In this document: positions 48,247-60,267 of the stretch, piece after piece | How positions within the stretch are numbered: the stretch's first letter is position 1 | Layout: each line of letters starts with the position of its first letter | DNA from: Pseudovirgaria hyperparasitica | Taxonomy: Eukaryota | Assembly: GCA_010093815.1 (NCBI GenBank) | Contig: ML996567.1 | Strand: one strand, 5' to 3' | DNA length: 64,000 bases | The notes under the pieces: generated by a model | The model's database searches: none | What the model was told of the DNA's origin: nothing | The model's input: only the letters and a program-made list of their open reading frames with translations | Translations under genes and position numbers: made by a program

Positions 48247-49587
48247 ATGAGTATATATGACGAAATTGCAGAAAAGATAGGTGATGATGAATGGGACAAG
48301 TGGAAGAAAGAGGTCCTGAACACAAAAGATGAAATCGCGCATTTTGTCGCACACTATCGGCCAGGAAGCCAAGATCCAGAGGTAATCGATTGGATGGGAG
48401 GTTCGTTCAATCTTTATCTGCGAGTTATGTTCAGCGATGGGGGCGCGGATGCCATGATTCGTTTTTCAGGGCAGGGACACTCCGTTTCCCGGGACGAAAA
48501 GACGCAGAACGAAGTCGAGACGATCAAATTCATCCATGAAAACACCACGATCCCAGTTCCACGTCTGCTAGGCTGGGGGTTGACCAAAGACAGCCCTCGC
48601 CAGCTTGGTCCATTCATCATCTCCGAGTTTGTGGAGGGAGTCAGTTTAAGTAGCATTCTGTCTGATCGTACCGACGTGCAGAAGCTCTGGCTAAACCCAA
48701 ACATTGACACGAAAATTCTGGACACTGTCTACGAGCAGATCGCTGATTTCATGCTTCAACTCTATCAGTTCAACTTCTCTAGTATTGGGGCCATCTCAAA
48801 GGACGCTGAAACGGGCAGCTGGTCTGTCAAGAGGAGGCCTCTAACTTACAGTATGAATGAATTGGCGACGTCTACGTTTTACCCAGTCGATGAATTCCCA
48901 AGCAACCCGTTCAACACTGCAAGCGACTACTTCCAGTCTCTCTCGCAAGCGCACTTAACTCACCTTCGCACTCAACGCAACTTCTGTTCCAGTCCTAAAA
49001 CTGCTAAAGAGCTATACGTCTCCTGCAATCTGTTCGCTCAACTAGTTTCAAAGTACACCGTTAATGACCGTGGTCCTTTTAAACTTTTCTGCGACGATTT
49101 CCGGTGTCAAAACATGCTAGTTGATCCAGAAAACCTCCGCATCACTGCTGTGCTAGATCTTGAGTTCACAAATGCAATGCCTGAGCAATACGCATCAGAG
49201 TCACCGTGGTGGTTACTTCTTGTTGGGCCAGAGGCATATCTGTTCCGCGGCCGAACTATAGAAGAGTTCGAGGCTGCTTATAGGCCTCGCTTGGAGCAGT
49301 TTATCAGAGCGATGCAGCGAGTTGAAGAAGCAAAAGGTTTAACGATTGATAAGACGAGTCTTTCGAGTCTCATGCTAGAGTCCTGGCATACGAAAAGATT
49401 TTGGTTTAATTTTGCTGCGCGGAAATCGCTTGATGTTGACGTGCTCTTTAATAACTGCCTGAATGAGGATGGCCACGGGCTCGAGTCGCTAGACGAGGAC
49501 CTTCAAGCTGGACTGGATCCATTTGTCGAAATGAAAATGAAGCAGTTGAAGGCATATGATATAGATTGCAAGGAGTTACTCAAGTAG
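48247..49587 (+). CDS. Aminoglycoside phosphotransferase (APH)/choline kinase-like protein, intronless, 446 aa
   Basis: MGGSFN glycine loop, IRF, NEVETIKFI..TTIPVPRLLGWG, FIISEFVEG, catalytic LFCDDFRCQNMLVD, metal-binding AVLDLEF and PWWLL. Confidence 0.85.
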   Translation: MSIYDEIAEKIGDDEWDKWKKEVLNTKDEIAHFVAHYRPGSQDPEVIDWMGGSFNLYLRVMFSDGGADAMIRFSGQGHSVSRDEKTQNEVETIKFIHENTTIPVPRLLGWGLTKDSPRQLGPFIISEFVEGVSLSSILSDRTDVQKLWLNPNIDTKILDTVYEQIADFMLQLYQFNFSSIGAISKDAETGSWSVKRRPLTYSMNELATSTFYPVDEFPSNPFNTASDYFQSLSQAHLTHLRTQRNFCSSPKTAKELYVSCNLFAQLVSKYTVNDRGPFKLFCDDFRCQNMLVDPENLRITAVLDLEFTNAMPEQYASESPWWLLLVGPEAYLFRGRTIEEFEAAYRPRLEQFIRAMQRVEEAKGLTIDKTSLSSLMLESWHTKRFWFNFAARKSLDVDVLFNNCLNEDGHGLESLDEDLQAGLDPFVEMKMKQLKAYDIDCKELLK

Positions 49588-50050
49588 TCTGAAATCTGAG
49601 TCTCATGTTTCTATTGTAATCTTAGCAATTTCTTTAGCTATTAATGAATACTGCTATTTTGAAATATTAGTGAATGCTCTACGAATTTCGCGTCTCAACG
49701 ACAAGACGAGGCCTACGGTTACTGCCAAGGTTCTTCAAATTCTTTGTCTCCTCTACTGATATGTGGCATGTTGGGGGGGGTATATGATGAGTCTTCGCCG
49801 GATGGTGTCGCATCTCTCAATTGTTCGTGTGGTTGTGCGGTTGTATGTGTTACGGTGTCACTAGGTAGTAGATGTCTCAGCCTTCATACAGGATGCAGTC
49901 GTACAACGCCTCCTTTCCCATCCCTCCCCATGTCTCACGGCGTCATACGGACGGGACTCCGGGCACTTGGCTGGTTATACTGTAGACTGTATGCTGCACG
50001 CTGTATGGTGTATCTATGCATGAAAAAGGCATGGCACAGCTCGAGGTCAA

Positions 50051-50145
50051 TTCCATCCCATTCCATACCATCACATTCCATTCCATTCCATTCCATTCCA
50101 TCATTGCATTCCATCTATCCGATCCATCGCATTTCATTCCATTCC
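50051..50145 (+). repeat. Degenerate (CATTC)n pentanucleotide array
   Basis: ttccatcccattccataccatcacattccattccattccattccattccatcattgcattccat...ttcattccattcc. Confidence 0.85.
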
Positions 50146-50530
50146 AACACACTCCCCCACCGCGCCACCACATATATCGGATACATAGCAAAAGCACCCG
50201 CACACGCGCGCGTTACGCACAGAGGAAGTCAATGCGCCGCGGGATCTGCCGGAGAAGAAAAGAAGAGGGGGAGGGGGGGGACCAGTAGCACTGCATATTA
50301 TTATGGAATATAGATTGTGGTGTGGTGTGGTGTGACACATACGGGTACCACACACTACATGCGTACTACAGGGGGAATTTGTGTTTTCTTTGGGGGGCAA
50401 AGCTTGTGCGGGCACTTGGGGCTTGGGGGGAAAGCTTGTCGTCGCCGAAGATACAGTCGGGGGTATTGATAGTGTAGGGTGTGAATGTGGGACAGGCTTC
50501 TGGGATGTTGAGTGGTTTGCAGGGTTAGCT

Positions 50531-50564
<34 letters not shown>

Positions 50565-50577
50565 CGACGACGACGAT
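50531..50577 (+). repeat. (ATG)11(ACG)4 compound microsatellite
   Basis: Read directly from the sequence. Confidence 0.9.
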
Positions 50578-50726
50578 GGCGATCGGCGGTGAAGCGGGAT
50601 GTCTAGACCTTGGTTTCAGTCTCTTGCCCCCTAGAGTTCTAGGACTGAACTCCGAGCTGTGCATATGCGTGTTCGAATGACAGTTATCTCCGTCCGTGTG
50701 CTGCTGCAGGCATGCAAGCGAACAAA

Positions 50727-50746
50727 CAAGCAAGCAAGCAAGCAAG
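50727..50746 (+). repeat. (CAAG)5 microsatellite
   Basis: Read directly from the sequence. Confidence 0.85.
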
Positions 50747-51698
50747 CAGCGCAGCGCAACAGTCCTCAGGATGGTCGAACGGAGGCCAAGGGGCTAGAAG
50801 CGACTTAGCAAAAGCTTGAATTGATAGTTTTGAGGTGCGTTTGTATGACGTCGCCGGCTTTGCGTCCCCTATCCTTATCGTACCTAGTATTCTATCCTAT
50901 CCTACCCTGCAGCGCATCACATCGCACCGCATCGCACAGCGGAAGATGATCCGCGGACACGCCTTATGCTGCCTGCATAATGGATGGAAGCTGCGTGGGC
51001 TCGTAGTCGTCGGACACTTTGTTACTTTTTCTACCTTGACTACATACTTACGAACCTTGAATGCATCGTCTACCGACTTGGAGCATATCGTATCACACTA
51101 CCACCACCATCACCATTAATTACTATTAAAAAAAGTCTTTATCCCAATAGCCACGTACCCACCAGCCAATCGGGCCCACTCCACAACTCCGACGCCCCAA
51201 GCCCAACACCAAGCCTAGCCTAGCTCATCTCAGCCTAGTTCCCACATCCAAGCCTCGACCCCCTCTAGCCAAGCGGAAGCTTAATGGTATTTAGCTTTCT
51301 TTGCTTATAGCGCGTAAGGGGAAAAAAGGCGGGGTTTAGTTGTCGATCAACCCCATTTTTTATGGGTGAGGCGAGACTAGAGGTAGATCTCCACTACAGT
51401 AGATCAATTGCTTTAGACCCGCTTTGAGGGGGGTTTCTCAGGGGGCGGGGATGGAGGTGGTTTCAGGGACTGTTTGCACCGGGGTTTCGGGTGATTTTGG
51501 TGGGTTAAGTGGGTTGGGTTGGGGAAGGGGGATTTTCTTCTGGGTCTGGGGAATAGTGTGGATTGTTGTTGAGACTGGTGGGGGTTTGGATTGTTTGGGA
51601 TGAATTAAGGATGGAAGGTGAGGTGAGGAGGAGAGGAAGACGTCTGAGATTGTTGCGCACGTAAGTTGTGCGTGTGCCGTCCTCACGCGATCAGGATA

Positions 51699-51735
51699 TC
51701 TCTCTCTCTGTGTGTGTGTGTGTGTGTCTGTGTGT
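51699..51735 (+). repeat. (TC)n(TG)n compound microsatellite
   Basis: tctctctctctgtgtgtgtgtgtgtgtgtctgtgtgt. Confidence 0.85.
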
Positions 51736-54700
51736 AAGAGGCCTAGTCGTAGTCCGGGCAGCGCCGCTGATTGTCCTGGCAGCGGGAACGTATAACGGTA
51801 TGAATCGCACAAGCACACGCCTAGCATCAAAAGAAGCACCGTCCAACCCCGTCGCAGACACCGTCACACCCAAGCAAGCACCTAGAAGCAAGCAGAACCA
51901 TTCCTAGGAGGACGTAGACGTGATTACGCGTCGCACGTCGCACCTTCAAACCCCAGCCCACCTCAAAACCCCGGACATCGAACTAATTAACTATCAACAA
52001 TCCATCCATCTAGCCAGAAGCTTAATTAGTACATACACACACGCATACGTCCAAACCGGCACCGGCATACCAGTACTGTACGTAGGCCATCACACCGCAC
52101 CTCGCACCAAACTTTTTCGTACAGAGACAAAAAAAAAACCACGCGTCACAAGCCTTTCTCCGGCCCGCAAACAAGATTATTGGCAAAAGCTTGTTCCGGT
52201 GTGTGGGTGCAGCACCCTGCCGCTGTGTGCTCCGTGGGACCGTACTATACTTTCATTGCTTCGTGTACCTTTGATGATGATGATGTGCATAGATAAAGGG
52301 AGGAGAGGAGGAGATGTTGCACGTGAGGTATGAATGGGTTGGTTGTGTTAATTAGTGCTTGTGTTTCTTGGTTGGTTGGTTGGGAAGGAATGATAAATTG
52401 CGTCGGTGATGGGTAATGGATGCCTCACGGCGACAACGCGAGTGCGTGCATGCATGCGGACTGAATATCTATTTCCCCTGCAAAAAAATACAGGCAGATC
52501 CAGATCCAGATCTAGATCCAAAATCCAAAGCATCGGATTCTTCCAATGTGCATGCATGCATACATGCATGCGTGCGAGCAAAGCCGGGCCTGACCTGGAC
52601 TTGGGATCATGGAGTAACCCATGCAAGGCAGACGTCCTTTCGTTCTCAGCCTCGTTGCTTCGAGGCCGTAGTACTGGATTCAGCCTGGTTTTGATACGAG
52701 TTTTGCATTGCAGACTAGATCGCATTGCATGTGTGTTGTGTTTGGAAGACGGATGCTGCGCTGCAAACACCACCGCACCGCACTGCCAGCACTGTTGCAT
52801 GGAATGGAATGGGGGATCATGAATGGATGCCTCGTTCAATCCTCCCCTCCCGCCCGCCAGCCCGCACGATGGATAGGCGTTTGAAGAGAGATATGTAGAG
52901 ACCTAGATAAGCGCGCCTTCGCTATTAGCAGCACGGCACAGCATCAGCATAATTAGCAGATCTCCATATCACAGATCAGATCAGATCAGATTCCAACGCA
53001 GCCATCCATCTGCATCCATCATCACTCCCTACAATACTACCTACTAAACCTACTAGCCAGGAGGATTCTCAGCCATCAGGATCCCCTCAGCCAAAGGCGT
53101 CCGGCAGCCCGGCCGGCAGCCCGGCGAGGGAGGGACGATCCGACTCACACTGACTGACTCATTCCTGTGTGGCTTATAACGCTGACGCTCGCTCCGAAGT
53201 AGCGCAAAACCCGCCTTGCCTTGAACAGAAATGCTTGTAAGTTGGCTGATATCGTATTGGATTGGAGAGATAGTGAGCTTGTATTCGTAATCCATAAGCC
53301 GCGTCTCTCATAATCAACATGCACGCACGCTGCATCGCACCATTCCCCAAACGCAGTTACTACTAGCGAGGATACATTCGTGGATATGGATAGGGATAGG
53401 TAGCGAAAGTAGAGCAGACCCTGACCCTGTCCCGTCCCTATTTCCAAGGCGCTAATCGTACTGTAGCTAACAGGCTAACTAACAGCCAGTCGTGCCATTT
53501 ACTGCTTTTGGAATAGAGAGGGGAGAGAGATGAGAGAGATGGGAGGCCTGAACGGTGTGTGTATGTGTGTGTGCACTGTGTGTATGAACATCAACTTCTG
53601 GCATTCTCTTCTTGAAATGATGAATATGATGATGATGACGGGGCGGAGTCGGGCAGGATGACACGGTATGTGCACCCCAGGGGGGGCAGGCTGTTTGGCA
53701 TGCTGTTTAGCTGTTTAGAAAACAGTTGGCTTCAGAAGGCTATTTTGCATTCACAACGCTCTTTGCCACAAGAGGACAGTGTGTGTGTGGAGGGAGATGT
53801 ATTTTTTCTGACGTTGTATTATTGGGGTAATTAGTGGAATGGTGATGTAGATGTGTATGTACGAAAAGTGGCTGTGGAGGGACGGTGGCCGGACGGGGCG
53901 GTGCACGCACACACATACCCTATCTACGATTAGTGCCGGGACTACCTGAGCAAGTAGGCATCACGGTCGGTCTCGAGTCTTGACCCAGATGCGTGTTAGC
54001 CTTGCGAAGAGAATAGAACAGAAACAACAAGGCCATGGACACACCCCTGCATCAATGGCATAGACAGACAGGCTGTTGTTCTTGTTTCTGATGGCGGATG
54101 TGGCTGCATATGCAATAACAAGTGTGCTCGGTCGGTCGGACGGTCGGTCGCGAGCGACCTAGCGAATAATAGTCATCATTGGACAGTCAGTATGGATCGC
54201 TAGGTAGTAAACCGGCGTTATGATGCACATGTCCGACAAGGCCGAGGAATAATCACTCAAGGATGGAATGAACGAAATGCAAGTGACTCTCGGACGGGTT
54301 TCACTGGATGATTGGCAAATATGTAACTTCATTTCTTTTCTGTGGCCGTGCTGTGTGTGTGCTTTGTCCATGGCCATTTCAGCCTCAATATGCGCCCGGC
54401 CTCGTCCGTTATGCCAACAAAACTCTCTCCCCCCAACTCGTATCACCGTATTGATGGTAGTAGCACCTGGAGTAGTAGCAGCGTATGTGGTAAGAACGCA
54501 AGTAAGACCTCGCAACACAAATGGTGGCGCACAATGTATTGCTAGCGCTGTCTGCGTCCGCGACCGTCCCGGCTCGCCCCGTCACTCTAAGGCGTCGTCT
54601 CGTTCGTTGTACGCCTGCGCGACTGCTTTTGATATCCGTCGCATGACCCTGCAAGTGCCCAAACAGAAGAAGCCCATGCACGCGTCCCAACAGTGGAGAT

Positions 54701-55081
54701 ATTTCAAAACAGGAGATATCAGATCCATAGATCAAAGAGTTGAGAATAGTACAGATTGCAAGAAGTGAACAGGTTGGTTCGTGATATCATTCCCATATGT
54801 GGATCCTGCCTGGTGTTACGGATCCGACCCTTCCAAATGATGAGTTGGGTGACGCAAAAAACGCCGGAAGGCTACGTTGCGGCGTGCCTGTATGCTTGCT
54901 GGTAGTATAGAGAAAAACAGAAGGAAAGCACAGCGTTTCATTGTGTCGCTGCAAGAAAAATAACAATGGCGCTGTGTGGGGTATCGACAAAACAAAGGTG
55001 CGCTCCAAGACAAGGCAGAGTTCGAGGCGGGGGAAGCTGTCAAACGAGGAAAATGTGACAGATCACCAGCCTGGCTGGACC

Positions 55082-55681
55082 CTACTTGACGAAGCTAAAG
55101 AAGCCTTTGCCCATCATCTTGGTCTTCTTCCTGAGGCTTTTGCCGAACACGGACGAGGGTTTGGCATGTGAGCCAGTTGGTTGGCTGCCGTTGTTGCTAG
55201 ATCCTGACTCCGTCGGACTATCGTCGTCGTCGTCTTGTTCCTCCATGAATTCTGATAGTCGTGAATCGATGGACTGCATGCGTTCCGGGCGGTTGTTGAG
55301 GTACGAGTCGATGCGAGCATTGATGGCTCTGTTCTTTACGCTGTGGGACATTACTGTGATGCTATTGTTGCTCCCCGTTCGTGACAGACTGCCTGACCGG
55401 CTCTCTCGTCGTGTGCTGGACAAGGATGTGGAAGGCTTGCGTGATAGATGGTGACTGCTTGCTGTGGACGGCGTCCGACCTCCGCCGATGATGCGATACG
55501 AGCCATCGTCTGTGTTCCAGCCATCGCACCAAGGACAGAAGTCACAACGGATCTCCCAGCCCTCGAGACCGAGCTTCCGTGTGCAGTTGTCGAGGTTGGT
55601 GGAGTCGCTGCAGGAGCGAACAAGATGATACCAGCGATGCTGGCAGTCGCGACTGGCGACGTTGAGCTCGGCTATACACAT
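55082..55681 (-). CDS. Hypothetical 199-aa protein with Cys/His-rich N-terminal module and Ser-rich disordered tail
   Basis: Good start context (gccATG); MC..C-Q-H-R-W..C..C..CDFCPWC; C-ending codon bias typical of real genes here; basic C-terminus. Confidence 0.75.
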   Translation of the reverse strand: MCIAELNVASRDCQHRWYHLVRSCSDSTNLDNCTRKLGLEGWEIRCDFCPWCDGWNTDDGSYRIIGGGRTPSTASSHHLSRKPSTSLSSTRRESRSGSLSRTGSNNSITVMSHSVKNRAINARIDSYLNNRPERMQSIDSRLSEFMEEQDDDDDSPTESGSSNNGSQPTGSHAKPSSVFGKSLRKKTKMMGKGFFSFVK

Positions 55682-58600
55682 GGCGAGTCTTGGTAAAGTG
55701 GGAGAAGATGCTTGGTATCTTCTAGTGAGGGTAGGGGAAGAAACGGCAAGCTTTTAACAAGGCGTGGCGCCTAGGAATAGCGGTAGCGGTAGCAGGAATC
55801 TTAAGTGATGTAGTCTTGGTAGCCTGCCGGTGATAAGATGCTTAGTCGAGGAGGTGACGTGGAAGGTAAAGACCGGGGGATTGAATAGAGTGGTAGTGGT
55901 AATACTGGTCTGGTATTGGTGACGGAACCGGTGTAGAGGATAGTTGGATGGCCGCGACAGGATGGATGCAAGCTTAGCATTTAGATGTTTATGAGTAGTA
56001 GCCGGATCGTCAGGTCCGCACCGATGAGGCAGGTCTGTGGGGTCGGAGAGATGGTTTGACTGGCTGGACTACTGGATCGTTGGGCCGAAAAGTGCGATTA
56101 TGCGATATTGGGGGTCGCGCACGCACAGATATTGTTTCCGTTCTTGTACTGCTGCAAAGGTTGCGCGGCTTATCAGTTGCTGTCTTGTCGGATTAATCGG
56201 AGCAACGGCTGAAGGAGGGGGGGGACACTATTATCAGGAGTGTGCCTAATGCGCTGCTGCTGATGGCTCAGCAAGACGCCAAGAATGGCGATGCTTTGTG
56301 ATGCCTGGCCGTGATGGTGTTGCACTTATGCAGGCTGCTGCCGAGCTCGCCTGTTCTCCTTCCAAGAGCTGCTAGACGCAGACGCACGTGTATATTGCTG
56401 ACGATACACTCCCCTTACAAAGCTTTGAAGAAGCAATACAGATTTGAGACAGTAACACGGCACGTCTCGTTGGTGGCAGATGCACCTGGACTTGCACTTG
56501 CACTTCAGGCGGGTCGGGGCGGATAAGAAGCAAGTTTGTTGATGGCGGCAAGATTTGCGTTGAAGATTTGGTTGATAGGTGTATATATCGTGGATGGTCG
56601 GGTTGGTATGATGACGAGGGACGACAGACGGTTGGGTGATATAGTCCGAGATGAAACAAGCCGTTCAACGAGGACGAGCGAGTAGAGGTTGAATTATGAT
56701 TATCGGACGGAACAGGAAAGATGGGACCTGGTGTGGTTTTGAGGCGTGGGATTTGAAGAGATGGCCTTTCTCTTCCAGCGATGACAACAAGGGGGAGGGG
56801 GAGGGGGAGCGCAAGGGAAAGTTTTGGGGGGGCAGAATGTGACGGGAGGTGGTAGGTTCTTTATCATGAATTATTAGCAGGGAGGGCGTGGTGTAGGAAC
56901 TCCCTTGGCCAAATTGCGCTCCACCTGCCTAGACATCAGAGCAAAGTGCTACAGTACTTACTGTAGCCAGGTATGTGTATTAAAGGCACTGGGACCCGGC
57001 ACTGGCACTATTCTCCCTCTCCCCCCCTGTACTTGGGCAAGTCGGGCACGTTTTACTGCTCGAAACGGCACGAAACAGCAACAGAAGGACGCCAGACGCC
57101 AGCGGGCGGCGGGGGAGAATGGCAAGCTTAAGTTAGGTGCGGACCGGGGGGGGGGACCGGGGGGACGGGGGCGTCTCTGGGGCGTCTCTAGGGCGTGTCC
57201 AGGGCTAAAACAGTGGGAAGCTGTAGCTGGACCAGCCACGCGAGCGAGCGGTGGACGCGCGGGACATGGACTGTTTGTTGGACATGACTGCCAACTGCCC
57301 CCCTAATTAGCTGCAATACAGGAGAATCTGGCTGACTCTTGGTCCGCCAAGTCCTCCATCCTCTCCCCGCGGCCGGGCGTCACCCTCCCCCCCAAAACAA
57401 CCAAAATTCCTTGATCTCTTGGCTCTATCCCGGGCACCTCGCATACCTCCAGAGCAAGACACGTACCCGCTGTGCGACATCTCTGTCTCTGCTTCGTCCG
57501 TGTTGCTGATGTCTTGTGTAATCAGTGTGTCTGCAAACTCATATGACTGTGGTGAGTACTCTGTTGTTGTTCATTTTCCAGGGATTCTCGGACATGGCAT
57601 GGTGGTGGGATTGTGAGATGCCTAGGGCCCCGGCCAATGCCAAGCTGCCAGGACGCCCTCCAGCTTTCTCTACTCTTCTCTACTGTTCTGCTACTGTACT
57701 GTGTGTGTGTAGAGAGAGCGAGAGAGAGAAAGTCTTGGCCTGTTGGAGTTGGAGTCTTGGAATTGCAGACGCGTGGTCGAGGTCTAAGCGCCTCCGTTCC
57801 ACTCCACTCGCTCCACTCTTCTTACTGGCCCGCGCCGCCGCACTGAACCTTTTTCTGTCGACTTTCCTCACCGCAACCTTTGGCTTCACTGGGGCCTGAG
57901 TCATCTATGCTTTAATCATGTTCGTCCGTGTTTTTCTGTGTTGCCTATCCTACACCTCCCGTACGCCGGCTTTCCGAAACGTGTGCTTATTATTGGCCTT
58001 CCAACTCTCAAAAAGGTTTTCCTCTTTTAGATCATCGCGCCTCCTGCCAGTGCGCTCAGATCCCAGCTGTGTGACATGGTGGAAGTTGCGTTTGTTGCTG
58101 TATCTTATGTCCACTCTTTCCTCCCCATCAGAGCATGCCGGCATTAGCAGACCACTTCTGACTAGGGTCCCATGTCCCCTGGTTTGTCCGTGAGCACCGA
58201 TTGCAACACGCCGTCAGGCCGCAGTGGACGGTTCAGTGGCTTGTCGCATGTCGTGGCGCTCCCGTGACAAGATGCCGGAGCACGACGAAGATCACACACG
58301 GGTCCAGACTCCTCTTTAGACGAGATGAGGTCGAGAGGGCGTCTGCAATAGAGCGTACATCGATATACCACAGCTCCGCGAGGCTGTCACTGCCAAGATA
58401 AGAACCGAAAGTCTTGAGGACCAGTGCTCATAGAGACAGCTCAGTGGCGCGTACTACACCTCCAGATGGCAGAATGTACACAGAAACGCTCAGAATGATG
58501 TCCGTCCCTCCGTCCCTCCCTCATCTCTGGGTCTCCACTTCATTTCCTCTCCGCCGCGCTCAGACCGCCCTAATTGTTCCAACGGCATTCTGCACACGAG

Positions 58601-59558
58601 TCACGGCACATGGAATCTCTGATCTTCACCAACTCTGCTGTTTGTGGAAACACCGTCTTCTCGATGATGTCTCACTTGAACCAACACCATATACTGTGTG
58701 TCTCTATAAAGTGTTGAAAGTACTCTACTCCCGCGCACCATCCAATAGCGGGCAACAATAAATAGTTAGGACCTGAGCGTATTAAGTCGCAACCCGGTCG
58801 GACAAACTTAGAGCGTAACTCCATAGCTGGGGCTGAGTGCTGTTATCATTTTCTCCGAGAGGATTCAATGATTACAAGCACCAGGCCCATAGCATGCATA
58901 GCTGGTAAGCAGGTGGTGCTATCCATTTCAAAGCCATTAAGGACTTTTCTAGACAATAGCTTCTACAAAACTGTTGTTCGAATTTAGCTCATCTCTTTCT
59001 CCCACGCACAGACAGTCGGTCGGCCGAGATGTAAGTTGTCCCAATTTTTACAATGACTCGAAACCCAGCCAGACCACAAGTTCGTATCGATGTATGTAAG
59101 TATAGCAAGGGAATGAAATCAGTCGCGACGAGCCAAGCGACAGCTCCCAACTCCTTGGACGGCAGGCGCACTCAAGGTGTGGATGTTGACTTATGTCATC
59201 AGCCGTAACGGGACGGCACGCTCTAACTTCATCCACCAGCCGGTTTTCCCTGTCTTTAGATCTACAAACTCCATCACTGCTGCATGTCCTCCTCTTTGAC
59301 CGACCTTTTGAGTCTTGACAGCCACCAACAACGATGACTTATCCAGATATCTCCGATGCCACCTGCGCATTGTGTTCCACTCTGCTCCATCACTGCACTT
59401 TTGCCAGTCTACTGCCCGATTCCTGGTTACAACAGCGTCATGCTTTGATGCGGAGACCCACCGTATCACCTTGAATTTACTTACAAGCCCTCAACACCAG
59501 TCGCGCTTCGTTTCAAGATAACCTCTATGTGTTCTACATGCCTGATGTCAATGCTTAG

Positions 59559-60267
59559 AAGTCTGCCATCAGCAGAATCTGGACGCAGGATCTCTCCCTG
59601 TCACTTCTTACAACAAAGATAACAGGCAATCGCGGCGATCCTTAGCTGACTTGATCGAGATGCCTGCGGGAATCGTACGCACAATCTTGGCATACACTCC
59701 TCAACATCAGTATACGTCCGTCAGTGATCTTCCAGGGATTATCGTTCATTCGCAACGCTTAAAAGGAATGGCCTGGCGAAAACTGCTCTCTGGGAACCCT
59801 GTCTTCGCGCTGCCTCAATGTCTGGGATTGTTATGGGAATTAGAACTAGCCCACCATCTCAGGACAAGCATCGACGTCTGATGATCATCGCATATGACAT
59901 TCCCACTGTCCAGGCCAGGATCCGAAGTCGTCACGGGTTGCAGCAGTTTCGTATATATTACGACACCATCCGTTCCGGCAGAGTGGTATTGCAGCGGAAT
60001 TACCGACCTCTGTCGAATGAGCATCAGCGCTACCTACTTAATCAAGCAAATAGTACGTATTGGCGGGGGCGGAGTCGTCTACGGGCCTGCCAAGCCAAAG
60101 TCAAGACTTTCAAGTGTCCGCTGGGCACGCATGAGCTGCACATTGCTGCACATCAGCCGAGAACATGCTCGTCCTCGGCCGGGCTTCTCTCCAAGTCCAA
60201 CCTCCCTCTTCCCCAGTGCCCAACGATGGCACCGCACCTGGCCAAGTGCAAGAATCGGTACCTATAA
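59559..60267 (+). pseudogene. Possible degenerate F-box-like gene split across two frames
   Basis: After a candidate acceptor (CTGAT..TTAG at 59558), the frame reads ..SLADLIEMPAGIVRTILAYTP, resembling the LxxLPxEIxxxIL F-box-like pattern. It stops at 59881, while an overlapping frame is open from about 59728 to 60267. Confidence 0.25.

Noticed and set aside
17158..49587. Nuclease-like gene plus kinase-like gene as a split Spok-type toxin-antidote
   Set aside because: They are 30 kb apart with many core genes between them, and nothing links them.
49744..54768. Multiple 100-200 aa ORFs in the microsatellite-rich tract (poly-Met, poly-Ile, HSIP repeats)
   Set aside because: They are translations of simple repeats and lack coding features.
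57680..57904. 74-aa basic ORF MTQAPVKPKVAVRK
   Set aside because: It runs into CT/CA microsatellites and has no supporting motif; it cannot be supported without expression data.
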